From contig CAZYIA010000001.1 of NCBI GenBank assembly GCA_964646765.1, positions 274,105-338,104 on the forward strand: a DNA stretch of 64,000 nt, in the 5' to 3' direction. Position 1 is the stretch's first letter. Each line of letters begins with the position of its first letter. Positions 9,783-18,741 of this stretch are shown here, one piece after another. A model generated the notes under the pieces. The model did not search any database. It had not been told where the DNA came from and saw only the letters and a list, made by a program, of their open reading frames with translations. This DNA is from an uncultured Candidatus Saccharibacteria bacterium (lineage in GTDB: Bacteria; Patescibacteriota; Minisyncoccia; Phycocordibacterales; UBA9973). The position numbers were made by a program, and so were the translations under genes.

Positions 9783-11246
9783 CTAGATTAGCGGCTCAGC
9801 GACTTCTACTTTTTCAGCAGGCGCTCCTCCACCATCAGATTTATTACCACGAGTAATAGCCGCTTTTTCTTGAGCAGAACGAATGATGGTTGCTTCTTCT
9901 TCGGCAATAAGTTTCTTGGCGGCGTCGGCTGAGATAGCAAATTTACGACGAGAAGCTTCAATAATTTTTGTGCGAAGTGATCCATGAGCAGCTGGCAATA
10001 CTTTCAACGTTTCAGCAGAAAATGGATCATATGATTCACCGTCGATAGTCATTTTAACGTAAAACTCTCCCACACCGAGGTTAATCATATCTTTTACATC
10101 GAAAATCGGAGCAAATTCTGGTTTGAGTTTTACGGCATCATCACCACCCACGCGGAAACAGATAATAGAACCAACGTTACCGAGCACGGCTTGAGCAACA
10201 CGTGGTGTCAGCTGACCAACGTATTGGTGCGCTACCGTAAGGTTAATAGAATATTTACGCGCCTCAGAAAGAATGTTTTCGAAAGTATCGGTCACCACGT
10301 TTTGGAACTCATCCACATAGAGATAAAAATCGTAGCGCTTGTCGTGTGGAATTTTTGCTCGCGCCATACCAGCTTGCTTAATTTTGGTCAGGAACATTGC
10401 ACCGAAGAACGAAGAGTTTTCTTCACCAATCTTACCCTTACAAATGTTGATGAGCACAATTTTTTTGTTGTTCATCAGCCATTCAATGTCAATTTTGTTT
10501 TCCTTCTGGCCGAAAATGTTACGGAGCATCGGATCAGAAAGAAATTGCCCGAGTTTGTTAACAAGCGGGATAATAGCGTCGGTATCAAATTTTTCCGACC
10601 AGTCGGCGAATTCGATTGCCCAGAAGCGCTTCACCATATCGTCTTCAATGTACTCAACCACTTTTTGACGATAGTTACGGTCGGTAAGCATCGAAATCAT
10701 TCCGCGCATGGTTGCGTATGGATAGTCGAGAAGCGCGAGTGTGGTAAAGCGGAACACGTGCTCAAGACGCGGCGTCCAGTTAGCACCGAATTGCTTTTCC
10801 AACACTTCAATCAAACCTTGGGTTAGTTGGTGTTTGAATGCGGGGTCAACGTTAGCGAGCGGATTAAATGAGGCCGGATAGTCCATGTCAGACGGATCGA
10901 TGATGCATACGTCTTCCATACGGTTCTCTGGAATAAAGTCGAGAATGTCATCAATAAATTCTCCGTGCGGGTCGATGACACAAATGCCGTGGCCATAGGC
11001 AACATCCTGGCGCACCATCAGTTCCTGGAGTTTTGATTTTCCCACACCAGACTTCCCTACAATGTAGAGGTGGCGGCGGCGGTCAACGCGTTTAATACCA
11101 AAAACGTATTTCTTTTCTTCGAGAGCGGCCACATAGTTGGTGCGGCCGATAAATGACGCGTCTTCTGGAGGCACTTTACCAAACTCCGGCAGTTCTGTCG
11201 GTGGCGGCGCGTATTTAATTATTTGAATCTTATTCGCTCGTGCCAT
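9783..11246 (-). CDS. VirD4/TrwB/HerA-like P-loop ATPase
   Basis: GKSGVGKS, DPHG, LYVDEFQN, SEARKY; paralog of 2777-5578. Confidence 0.88.
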   Translation of the reverse strand: MARANKIQIIKYAPPPTELPEFGKVPPEDASFIGRTNYVAALEEKKYVFGIKRVDRRRHLYIVGKSGVGKSKLQELMVRQDVAYGHGICVIDPHGEFIDDILDFIPENRMEDVCIIDPSDMDYPASFNPLANVDPAFKHQLTQGLIEVLEKQFGANWTPRLEHVFRFTTLALLDYPYATMRGMISMLTDRNYRQKVVEYIEDDMVKRFWAIEFADWSEKFDTDAIIPLVNKLGQFLSDPMLRNIFGQKENKIDIEWLMNNKKIVLINICKGKIGEENSSFFGAMFLTKIKQAGMARAKIPHDKRYDFYLYVDEFQNVVTDTFENILSEARKYSINLTVAHQYVGQLTPRVAQAVLGNVGSIICFRVGGDDAVKLKPEFAPIFDVKDMINLGVGEFYVKMTIDGESYDPFSAETLKVLPAAHGSLRTKIIEASRRKFAISADAAKKLIAEEEATIIRSAQEKAAITRGNKSDGGGAPAEKVEVAEPLI

Positions 11247-11277
11247 AGGACTTGAAATTTATTATATCACGCTTCGC

Positions 11278-11310
11278 AAGCAAAAAACCGCTCTGGGGCG
11301 GTTTTTTGCT
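11278..11310. terminator. Intrinsic terminator downstream of gdhA
   Basis: agcaaaaaaccgc-tctggg-gcggttttttgct. Confidence 0.75.
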
Positions 11311-11326
11311 TCTAACGGTAAAAATA

Positions 11327-12556
11327 TTAGAGCTTATACCCCATAGCCTCGGCAATACGCTCCATGGCCACGATAAAAGCTGCTCGGCGAAGATCAGTTT
11401 TAAGAGTCTCGGCACGCTCGTAGATAGCCAATGTTTCGCGAGTAAGCTGTTCGTTCAATTTTGAGAATACATCGGCTTCAGTCCAACGTTCACCGGAAAG
11501 ATTCTGTTCCCATTCATAGGTTGAAACGGTTACACCACCAGAGTTTGCCAAAATATCTGGTACTACTGGAACACCGCGAGAAAAGAATACTTCGTCAGCA
11601 TCAGGAGTAATTGGACCATTGGCAAGTTCAAGAATAAACTTTGCTTTTACATGCGGAGCATTTTTGTCAGTGATTTGATTTTCCAGTGCAGCGGGAATAA
11701 GCACATCACATGGAAGCTCAAGGAGTTCTTCGTTAGTTACTGTTTTTGCTCCAGGAAAACCTGCGAGGGTTCCCTTTTCTTTTTTATACGCAAAAACATC
11801 AGCCATCTTAAATCCGTCTTCCTTATAGATACCACCCTTTGAATCAGAAATTGCTACGATAGTGTAACCTTCACGTTCAAAAATTTCTCCAGCGTTGCCA
11901 CCAACGTTACCCATACCTTGGATAACAACCTTGGCACCTTTTACAATTCCATATTTTTCAGCGAGTGTGCGAAAAACGTAGTAACCACCCAAACCAGTTG
12001 CGGGACCACGACCTTCACTACCACCAACTTCAAGCGGTTTGCCGGTAAATGTTGCATTTGTTTTGTCGCCAGAAATTTTGGCGAATTCGTCTACCATCCA
12101 AGCCATAATTTCTGGCGTGGTGTTTACATCAGGAGCCGGAACATCTTTTTGCGGGCCAAGAATTGGGGCCATACCACGAACCCAACCTCGTGAAAGTGCT
12201 TCGAGTTCTTTTTTAGAAAGTTCTTTTGGGTTTACCGTGATACCACCCTTTCCCCCGCCCATCGGGATATTAGCGACAGCACACTTAAGCGCCATCCAAA
12301 ATGCGAGGGCACGCACTTCATTAATATCAGTATCTTGATGATAACGGATACCACCTTTGTATGGACCCCGAGCATTGTTATGTTCAACACGGTAGCCTTC
12401 AAACACTTTAGTGTCACCAGTATCCATTTTTACCGGAATAGAGATTCGCACTTCGCGCTGTGGTTGCGAAAGTTCAGCAAGAAATGCTGGCGGAAACTGA
12501 CGTACAACAGTGGCACGAGAGAGTTGCATGAGGGCATTTTCGAATGGATTAGACAT
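11327..12556 (-). CDS. gdhA: Glu/Leu/Phe/Val dehydrogenase (glutamate dehydrogenase)
   Basis: GPYKGGIRYH, GGGKGG, DVPAPDVNT, QGMGNVG, PDILANSGGV. Confidence 0.93.
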   Translation of the reverse strand: MSNPFENALMQLSRATVVRQFPPAFLAELSQPQREVRISIPVKMDTGDTKVFEGYRVEHNNARGPYKGGIRYHQDTDINEVRALAFWMALKCAVANIPMGGGKGGITVNPKELSKKELEALSRGWVRGMAPILGPQKDVPAPDVNTTPEIMAWMVDEFAKISGDKTNATFTGKPLEVGGSEGRGPATGLGGYYVFRTLAEKYGIVKGAKVVIQGMGNVGGNAGEIFEREGYTIVAISDSKGGIYKEDGFKMADVFAYKKEKGTLAGFPGAKTVTNEELLELPCDVLIPAALENQITDKNAPHVKAKFILELANGPITPDADEVFFSRGVPVVPDILANSGGVTVSTYEWEQNLSGERWTEADVFSKLNEQLTRETLAIYERAETLKTDLRRAAFIVAMERIAEAMGYKL

Positions 12557-12596
12557 ACAAGAAATTATTAATTACTACTAAAAATATCTACTACAT

Positions 12597-13670
12597 TTAG
12601 GTTACTTCATGCGCAGTTCCTGCTATGCGCAGTGGTAATCCATCCGCGCCATACGATAGTTCGGCAATAAGTTTAAGAGGGTGTGAACCTGAAGCAGTCG
12701 TAAATGTAACTGTCTGCATCCACTCTTTATCTTGACGATCAGCAGCTCGCTCAAGGCTACGACGAAATTCTATACGATCCGCCTCCTGCATAGCTGATTC
12801 AAATGCGTCTCGGGTAAGTCGAACATCCTTTTTAATCCCGGTAAGTTGATACATTTTTTCATCAAAGGATAATTCCTGCGTCTTTGGGATAAGGGTCCAA
12901 GTGGCAACACGCGCCCGATCAAGTGTTCCCTGAAGATATTCACGTTGGTGCTCAAGTGTCGTCGCTCGTTTTTTAAAGATTGAAAGCAAGTCAGATGAAC
13001 GGCGTAAATATAAACCAGCAAAAGTAAAAAGGATCGCCAGAAGGACGCCAATACTTATGATGGAAATTTTAATGAAACGAAGTTCTGCCTGCCATCTCGT
13101 AGCATCAACGTCCATACCCACAATTGCAATAATTGAATTATTGGCGTCACGCACCGGAGCGTATGCCGAAACCCAAGTTCCCCAACTATCTTTATATGGT
13201 CCTTCCGTGAAAGGAACTCCCTTATTGTAGTTGATAAATTGAAGTGACGATGTGTCTTCATATACTTGGCCAGGTGGAGAGTAGTCAGGACTCGAAGGAT
13301 CTTCCGAGTCGACATAGAAAAAAAGTTTCGAACCATTAGAACCCATGAGATACACAAACCGCGCGTCGGTATTTATGGTTCGCAGGTCACGCATAACCTG
13401 TTTTAGATGAATGTATTCTTTTTTCTCGGTATCAGAATATGCACCATCAAGTGCAGCAATTTCTTTTGATGGCACTAGATACGCTGCAGTTTGTACACGA
13501 GTGAGTAATCGTTCGCGAGAAGTTGCATCAGCTTTGGTAGAAACACTAAACGCAATAACAATGCTTGCTACAAGCACCGCTATACCGACGATGAAAAAAG
13601 TTGTTGACCATACTCCAGCGCCTGATTCGTGAGAACTAGTTGAGGGTACTTCGGGACTGGTATACGACAT
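12597..13670 (-). CDS. Membrane sensor protein (Cache/PDC-like plus PAS-like) without output domain
   Basis: Two TM helices flanking GPYKDSWGTWVSAYAPV...IVGMD; C-terminal PAS-like segment. Confidence 0.7.
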   Translation of the reverse strand: MSYTSPEVPSTSSHESGAGVWSTTFFIVGIAVLVASIVIAFSVSTKADATSRERLLTRVQTAAYLVPSKEIAALDGAYSDTEKKEYIHLKQVMRDLRTINTDARFVYLMGSNGSKLFFYVDSEDPSSPDYSPPGQVYEDTSSLQFINYNKGVPFTEGPYKDSWGTWVSAYAPVRDANNSIIAIVGMDVDATRWQAELRFIKISIISIGVLLAILFTFAGLYLRRSSDLLSIFKKRATTLEHQREYLQGTLDRARVATWTLIPKTQELSFDEKMYQLTGIKKDVRLTRDAFESAMQEADRIEFRRSLERAADRQDKEWMQTVTFTTASGSHPLKLIAELSYGADGLPLRIAGTAHEVT

Positions 13671-13768
13671 AATGGGCTTTAGTATACCCTAGGGAGCAAA
13701 TGGAAGCATGTGGAGAAAACACGCCACAACTACAGCATAAAAGACCTGGTAATAAACTTTTTAGAGAG

Positions 13769-13839
13769 TCGGGGTGCCGAGAATCGAACTCGGTTCTCAC
13801 GAACCCGAATCGTGCATACTACCGGTGTACTACACCCCG
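13769..13839 (-). tRNA. tRNA-Pro(CGG)
   Basis: Cloverleaf cggggtg...caccccg-a; anticodon arm cacga-ttCGGgt-tcgtg; TTCGA loop. Confidence 0.93.
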
Positions 13840-13889
13840 AGACGAAGAGGAGAATACCACATTTCATGTATTTTATCAGCTGAAATTGT

Positions 13890-14053
13890 CGTCAGGGATA
13901 TTTTCTGTCTTTGTGGTCACAAATATTTTTCCTGACGGAAAAATTTCGCGACCCCGGCTCGCGGTTTTTGCCTTTCGCTACGCTCAAACAAAAACATCGT
14001 TCCGCCTTCCACATGTACGCAAAAATCCCCAGTAGTGGGGATTTTTGGTCATG
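13890..14053. repeat. tRNA-trailer structured element, copy A
   Basis: Shared aaaatccc..gggatttt hairpin and GANGNCGGA..ATGT..GAG.CGGGG core (minus strand). Confidence 0.7.
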
Positions 14054-14126
14054 TGGACCCTAGCGGATTCGAACCGCTGACCTCCTCTTTGCAAAAGAGG
14101 CGCTCTACCAACTAAGCTAAGGGCCC
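14054..14126 (-). tRNA. tRNA-Ala(TGC)
   Basis: gggccct...agggtcc-a, G3:U70, anticodon arm cctct-ttTGCaa-agagg. Confidence 0.95.
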
Positions 14127-14210
14127 AAATAAAGTTGTACGGGTATCTAAATGTATTCTCCTGAACTTTTTTGTTAGTAGAGCGCCTACGGCGGCTTTCC
14201 TCTCTACTTG

Positions 14211-14233
14211 CCAACTAAGCTAAGGGCCCAAAT
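14211..14233 (-). repeat. Duplicated 5' fragment of tRNA-Ala(TGC)
   Basis: 23-bp exact copy of 14108-14130. Confidence 0.85.
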
Positions 14234-14317
14234 GAAGCTCTAACGGCACTATAGTACCGCATTTCGGCTATTTCGCAAGTATTTTTGGCATATTTTATGG
14301 TAAGCTAATGCATCAGT

Positions 14318-15016
14318 ATGAAGAACCTAGAGCCAAATTCAGGGAAACAGCTCACTATTAACGTACAAGGAATAAACTACGCCCGTTTTCCAGTTAAAAC
14401 TCCTGTCATTAAAAGTGGTGATGATGTTGCTGCTATTCTTAAAAATCTTGTATACAGTGAACTTCAACCTGGCGACACCCTTTTCATCAGCGAAAAAATT
14501 ATCGCTATTTCTCAAGGCCGAGCGTTTAAAATTTCGGATATTCATCCGAGTGCCTTGGCTAACTTTCTGGTTCGATTCGTACATAAATCCAAGTATGGCA
14601 TTGGCTTAGGCTCACCCTGGACAATGGAGCTCGCTCTACGTGATGTTGGTGCTCCACGAATTTTATTTGCTGCCTTTTGTGCTGCTTTAACAAAACCATT
14701 TGGTATAAAAGGAGTTTTCTATCATGTAGCTGGAAAGGATGTAAATGCAATTGATGGCCCATGCGACTATACCCTTCCACCATATAATGAGTACGCAAAA
14801 CTTGGACCCAAAAAACCTAACGAAGAAGCAAAAAAGATCTCAGGTGCGCTTAATGTACCAGTTGTTATCATTGATGCCAACGACCTTGGGGTAAACATTC
14901 TTGGCCGATCATCAAAAGAAATATCTCTTGATTGGGCAAAAGCAATCTTCAAAGACAACCCACTTGGCCAGGCTTCACAACAAACCCCTGCAGCAATCGT
15001 TAGAAAAACAAAATAG
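14318..15016 (+). CDS. F420-0:gamma-glutamyl ligase family protein
   Basis: PVKTPVI, ISEKIIAISQGR, AIDG, IIDANDLG, DNPLGQ..QQTP. Confidence 0.8.
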   Translation: MKNLEPNSGKQLTINVQGINYARFPVKTPVIKSGDDVAAILKNLVYSELQPGDTLFISEKIIAISQGRAFKISDIHPSALANFLVRFVHKSKYGIGLGSPWTMELALRDVGAPRILFAAFCAALTKPFGIKGVFYHVAGKDVNAIDGPCDYTLPPYNEYAKLGPKKPNEEAKKISGALNVPVVIIDANDLGVNILGRSSKEISLDWAKAIFKDNPLGQASQQTPAAIVRKTK

Positions 15017-15207
15017 TTGACCGCACCGGACTTTCTGCCTACCGCAGAATCGTGTATCACGAATCACTAAGCATAATTCTTCTCCGTCAGTCGACAGATC
15101 GAATTCTGCAAAGTGTTCGCGACCCCGCCTCGTCTGTCGCATTGCGACATGGCTCCGGCCTCCACAAGTATCAAAAAATCCCAAGCAGTTGGGATTTTTC
15201 TCTCTAG
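15014..15207. repeat. tRNA-trailer structured element, copy B, bounded by a duplicated tRNA 3' end
   Basis: Shared core; 15014-15033 matches 15205-15224 at 19 of 20 nt. Confidence 0.75.
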
Positions 15208-15280
15208 TGGACCGCACCGGACTTGAACCGGTCACCTCTCCCATGCCATGGGAACGCTCTACCAGATGAGCTAGCGGCCC
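15208..15280 (-). tRNA. tRNA-Ala(GGC)
   Basis: gggccgc...gcggtcc-a, G3:U70, anticodon GGC. Confidence 0.95.
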
Positions 15281-15325
15281 GAAATGTCGGGACAATGTAA
15301 CACGAAACACTTATTTTGGAAAAGG

Positions 15326-16210
15326 TTATCCTTTCACCAAATCAATTGCGTGTTTTAAAAACTCAGGCATTTTTGAACCAACCGCTTCAAGAGCAATTGG
15401 CATATAGCGCAAAGGGTGCAGTAGTGGATTTGATTCAATCGCACCAACATGAATACCATCTTTTGCGCGAGTAAAATGAATACTCGTCAGATGTTTTAAC
15501 CCAAGTGTTATATACAGTTCCTTTGCTCGAGCAGTAATTTCTCGAGCATCAACTCCTCCAAGTAAACGGGGTTTTACAAAAGTGTACCCAGAAAAACTAT
15601 ACGAACCTAACACAACCGGCGGAAAAGCATACGGATGTTCACCACGAAATGTATCAGTCACTAAAACCGCAATATCCTCGCCAAAAGCTAAGGATTCAAT
15701 TGTTCCTCCACTTACCTTCTGAAAATGAAGTGCAAACAACCTTGCTAGCTCTTCTCGTGTTTTCACTGTTTTAAATGGCAGCGACTGACCAGGTAAGCGA
15801 ATAAGCCATGGTGGTGGCAATTTTTGCGAAACTATACCAGCCATATTTTCAATCGAAGTAACCTCTGGATTGCGCATCAAATCAGCAATGAGTATCGTTT
15901 TTGGCGTCTGATGAAAGTGTGGCATTACTCCCGAAACAACGGGTAAACCAATTTCACTGAATGAAAATAGCCCAGTATGTTGTGGGGCTGATAAGAGCGA
16001 CAACAGCACATCTACCGAAGAAACAATATCACCGGCATTTACCTCTTTTCCTCGAATGTGCCAAACTCCGTCACGAGTTATCAAAATATCTATGCCCTGG
16101 TGCGAATGCGCTAAGTCATTTTGAACAAGATTCAGCACGTACGAACCTGCTTCAAGAGAATGAAAATATTCCGGACCTGTTCCACCACGAATAATGCCAA
16201 CGCGAATCAT
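15326..16210 (-). CDS. Divergent D-Ala-D-Ala ligase-like ATP-grasp protein
   Basis: N-terminal VGIIRGGTGPEYFHSL resembles Ddl GGxSxEHxxS; C-terminal IESNP; catalytic motifs degenerate. Confidence 0.6.
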   Translation of the reverse strand: MIRVGIIRGGTGPEYFHSLEAGSYVLNLVQNDLAHSHQGIDILITRDGVWHIRGKEVNAGDIVSSVDVLLSLLSAPQHTGLFSFSEIGLPVVSGVMPHFHQTPKTILIADLMRNPEVTSIENMAGIVSQKLPPPWLIRLPGQSLPFKTVKTREELARLFALHFQKVSGGTIESLAFGEDIAVLVTDTFRGEHPYAFPPVVLGSYSFSGYTFVKPRLLGGVDAREITARAKELYITLGLKHLTSIHFTRAKDGIHVGAIESNPLLHPLRYMPIALEAVGSKMPEFLKHAIDLVKG

Positions 16211-16249
16211 GCCACTAAGTATACCGTAGTGGGTAGTCTGTAGCTAGAA

Positions 16250-17491
16250 CTATTTAAGAAAAGCCTGGCCGCGTTTCTTTTTATGGAACGTAATTGCAAA
16301 ACGGTGTGCTTCGGCATTTGCTAAAATAATCGCCTTTTGCTGTTTAGTACTAAATTCTGTAAGCCCTAATATTTCTCGCGGTTTATGATGTTCATCTTTC
16401 ACTACTGAAACGACTGGAATAGTGAGCTGAAATCGCTTAAGCACCTGCTCACCTACTCGCTTTTGAGCTACACCACCATCCATCACAACAATATCTGGCA
16501 TTCCCCACTCACTATGGCGAAAACGGCGAGAGAGAACTTCTTCAAGTGCCCCAACATCATTACTCTTTTCTTGGCTTTGGATAATAAATTTTCGATACTC
16601 TGCTTTATCAATTTCTCCGTCCGTGATTACCGTCATAACACCAACCATGTTTTTGCCGCTCATGTGTGCAATATCGTAGGCCTCGATACGAATATGCGCT
16701 GTGCGAGGATCACGAAAATTTTCATTTTTAATGAGTGCTGTATCGTTAATATGCTTGAGAGCAAAAATTTGGTCTCGAACACGAGCAGCCTCCTCAAACC
16801 GATGTTCTTTTGAAAACGATTTCATATCTCGCTCGAGTGTTCGAACAATATTCCCTTTTTTGCCAGAAAAAAATAATTTCAGATTACGAATATTTTTTCG
16901 GTACGCCTTTACCGCTTCTTCATTTGAGATGTCAGGATTGAGCCCAACTTGGCGATAAAATTCATAATTGTCTTGGCGAGCCGACTGACCATCCATAAAT
17001 GGGAAAATACGGCGAATAATTTTTATCGCTTCTTTAAACTGCCCACCAGAAGTAAATGGACCATACACAGTATCTATTTCAACGTGCTCAAGCGATTCAG
17101 GTACAATTCCTTCTTCATATTTTTCTAAGTCACGACCACGAACAGTAAGGACTCGGGGTAATTCTTCTTTTGTAATGACAATATAATTCCAGCTCTTATC
17201 ATCTTTTTCTTTAACGTTGTAATACGGCAAATGACGCTTGATGAGCGCTGCTTCGAGAATAAGAGCTTCGAGTACCGTTTCAGTTTCTTGCCACTCAATT
17301 TTCGTAGCCTTAAATACCATGTCCACGATCATTGGTCCGCGAGTGTTAATAAGGTCGCTGGCAAAATAACTCCGTGTACGCTCACGAAGCGACGTTGCTT
17401 TTCCAATATACAGAATCTCCTTCCCTTTTTTGAAGAAGTACACACCTGGTACATTAGGAAGTTTACATTTTGCGAGCTGTTCTATCGTCAC
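16250..17491 (-). CDS. uvrC: UvrC-like excinuclease (GIY-YIG, UVR and RNase H-like domains; no C-terminal HhH)
   Basis: PGVYFF...LYIGKATSLRER, FEEAARVRD, IEAYDIAH, DGG, EAHRFAI. Confidence 0.88.
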   Translation of the reverse strand: MTIEQLAKCKLPNVPGVYFFKKGKEILYIGKATSLRERTRSYFASDLINTRGPMIVDMVFKATKIEWQETETVLEALILEAALIKRHLPYYNVKEKDDKSWNYIVITKEELPRVLTVRGRDLEKYEEGIVPESLEHVEIDTVYGPFTSGGQFKEAIKIIRRIFPFMDGQSARQDNYEFYRQVGLNPDISNEEAVKAYRKNIRNLKLFFSGKKGNIVRTLERDMKSFSKEHRFEEAARVRDQIFALKHINDTALIKNENFRDPRTAHIRIEAYDIAHMSGKNMVGVMTVITDGEIDKAEYRKFIIQSQEKSNDVGALEEVLSRRFRHSEWGMPDIVVMDGGVAQKRVGEQVLKRFQLTIPVVSVVKDEHHKPREILGLTEFSTKQQKAIILANAEAHRFAITFHKKKRGQAFLK

Positions 17492-17552
17492 AAGGATGCA
17501 TTATACGGATTTCAAACTAATAAAAAAGCTTCCCGAAGGAAGCCTTTTTACT

Positions 17553-18131
17553 TTAACGAGCAATACGGACACTACTGTACGTGCGGTGATACCGAGCAAA
17601 GTATCCGCGCATAAGTATCGTTAATCCGAATGCTCCCGGTGTATTATTCGGCATCGAATTATTCGACACCCTAAAAATAACATCGCGTGGAGTTAGAAAG
17701 TTCAAATCGAACTCTCTCCTCTCAAAGAACTCTTTTATTTCGCTTGAAAAAAGAAGGACTCCGTTTATATCACGCACCTCTACGAAGTCATTACCGGTAT
17801 CATCATTAGCATCCATAATGACTGTAACGTGAACGCAGATAACATTGCGAATCACTCGAACTTTCGGCTGTTTCGTATCCACGGGGGTAAATTTGAAATC
17901 CCGAGGTGATACCAATCCAGTGGTGAGACTTCTCAGATTATCTGATGAACCACCCATGTCGTACCAACGAAATTCTTTCACCACACGTTGTGTACGCTCA
18001 GTAAGTAAAACGGTTTTTTTACTACCGGTATGACTAAAGACGTCACAACGTAAAAGTTTAGAGTCGCTACATCCATAAAAAGTGGCACTGAAAAGCATCA
18101 GCATCACTAAAAGAGAATTTGACGTTTTCAT
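17553..18131 (-). CDS. Orphan putative lipoprotein
   Basis: Signal peptide ending FYG-C; hairpin terminator at about 17524-17549. Confidence 0.6.
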   Translation of the reverse strand: MKTSNSLLVMLMLFSATFYGCSDSKLLRCDVFSHTGSKKTVLLTERTQRVVKEFRWYDMGGSSDNLRSLTTGLVSPRDFKFTPVDTKQPKVRVIRNVICVHVTVIMDANDDTGNDFVEVRDINGVLLFSSEIKEFFERREFDLNFLTPRDVIFRVSNNSMPNNTPGAFGLTILMRGYFARYHRTYSSVRIAR

Positions 18132-18343
18132 ACATTAAGTTTTGTTGACCACAATGGGCGAGAAAGCTCGTCAGCTCCGGCCAGCAAACCTACTGCTCTC
18201 AAATAACGAAGCTATTACTTCCACAGTACAATTTCATATTTTTATGTCAAGAATAGTTTCGTAGTATTGACGCCGCGTAATCTAAGGTGATACGGTGATG
18301 CTGAAAATGAAACCCTATTTACATCATACTTAAATTCTTTCCT

Positions 18344-18691
18344 ATGCTTCTCCTTTCCACTACAGAATTTAAACCTATACTAACAATCAATAACATCATA
18401 CAAGCCTCTCCCGAAAAAGTAGCTGAGATTATGATGCGTTGGCTTACCGAGCAGGCAACATACCATACTATAGGTATTAAGGCAGCAGCTAAAGCCGATA
18501 ACAATATCGTTACAGTAAACTTCACTGCTCCAGCATACACCGGTGGTAGTCCTGAAAGTATTTTATGTACAGCAACCGTGACTTCGAAAGAAGTTACTAT
18601 TGAGCAAACCCACAAAATGGCAAGCAACTATGTTTGGAATTGCTTTAGAAGTCATCTAATCATGACCATTGAGAAAATTACTGAGATATAG
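18344..18691 (+). CDS. Orphan hypothetical protein
   Basis: 115-aa ORF divergent from the lipoprotein; start uncertain. Confidence 0.5.
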   Translation: MLLLSTTEFKPILTINNIIQASPEKVAEIMMRWLTEQATYHTIGIKAAAKADNNIVTVNFTAPAYTGGSPESILCTATVTSKEVTIEQTHKMASNYVWNCFRSHLIMTIEKITEI

Positions 18692-18741
18692 CGAACAGAA
18701 CAACAAAGACTTGGCACGACCTATTTGGTACGGCCTCGTTT

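Noticed and set aside
10191-10826. 211-aa + strand ORF
   Set aside because: Antisense to a conserved ATPase, with no recognisable motifs
13890-15224. CRISPR-like reading of the short repeats
   Set aside because: Only pairs of tRNA-derived repeats; no regular spacers and no cas genes
13700-15310. ORFs at 13700, 13984 and 14975
   Set aside because: They overlap tRNA genes and structured trailers
18267-18294. Minus-strand CGTATC-N16-CGTCAA near-match to the ECF motif
   Set aside because: Mismatch in the GTAA core, and it overlaps a plausible TTGACG -35 on the other strand
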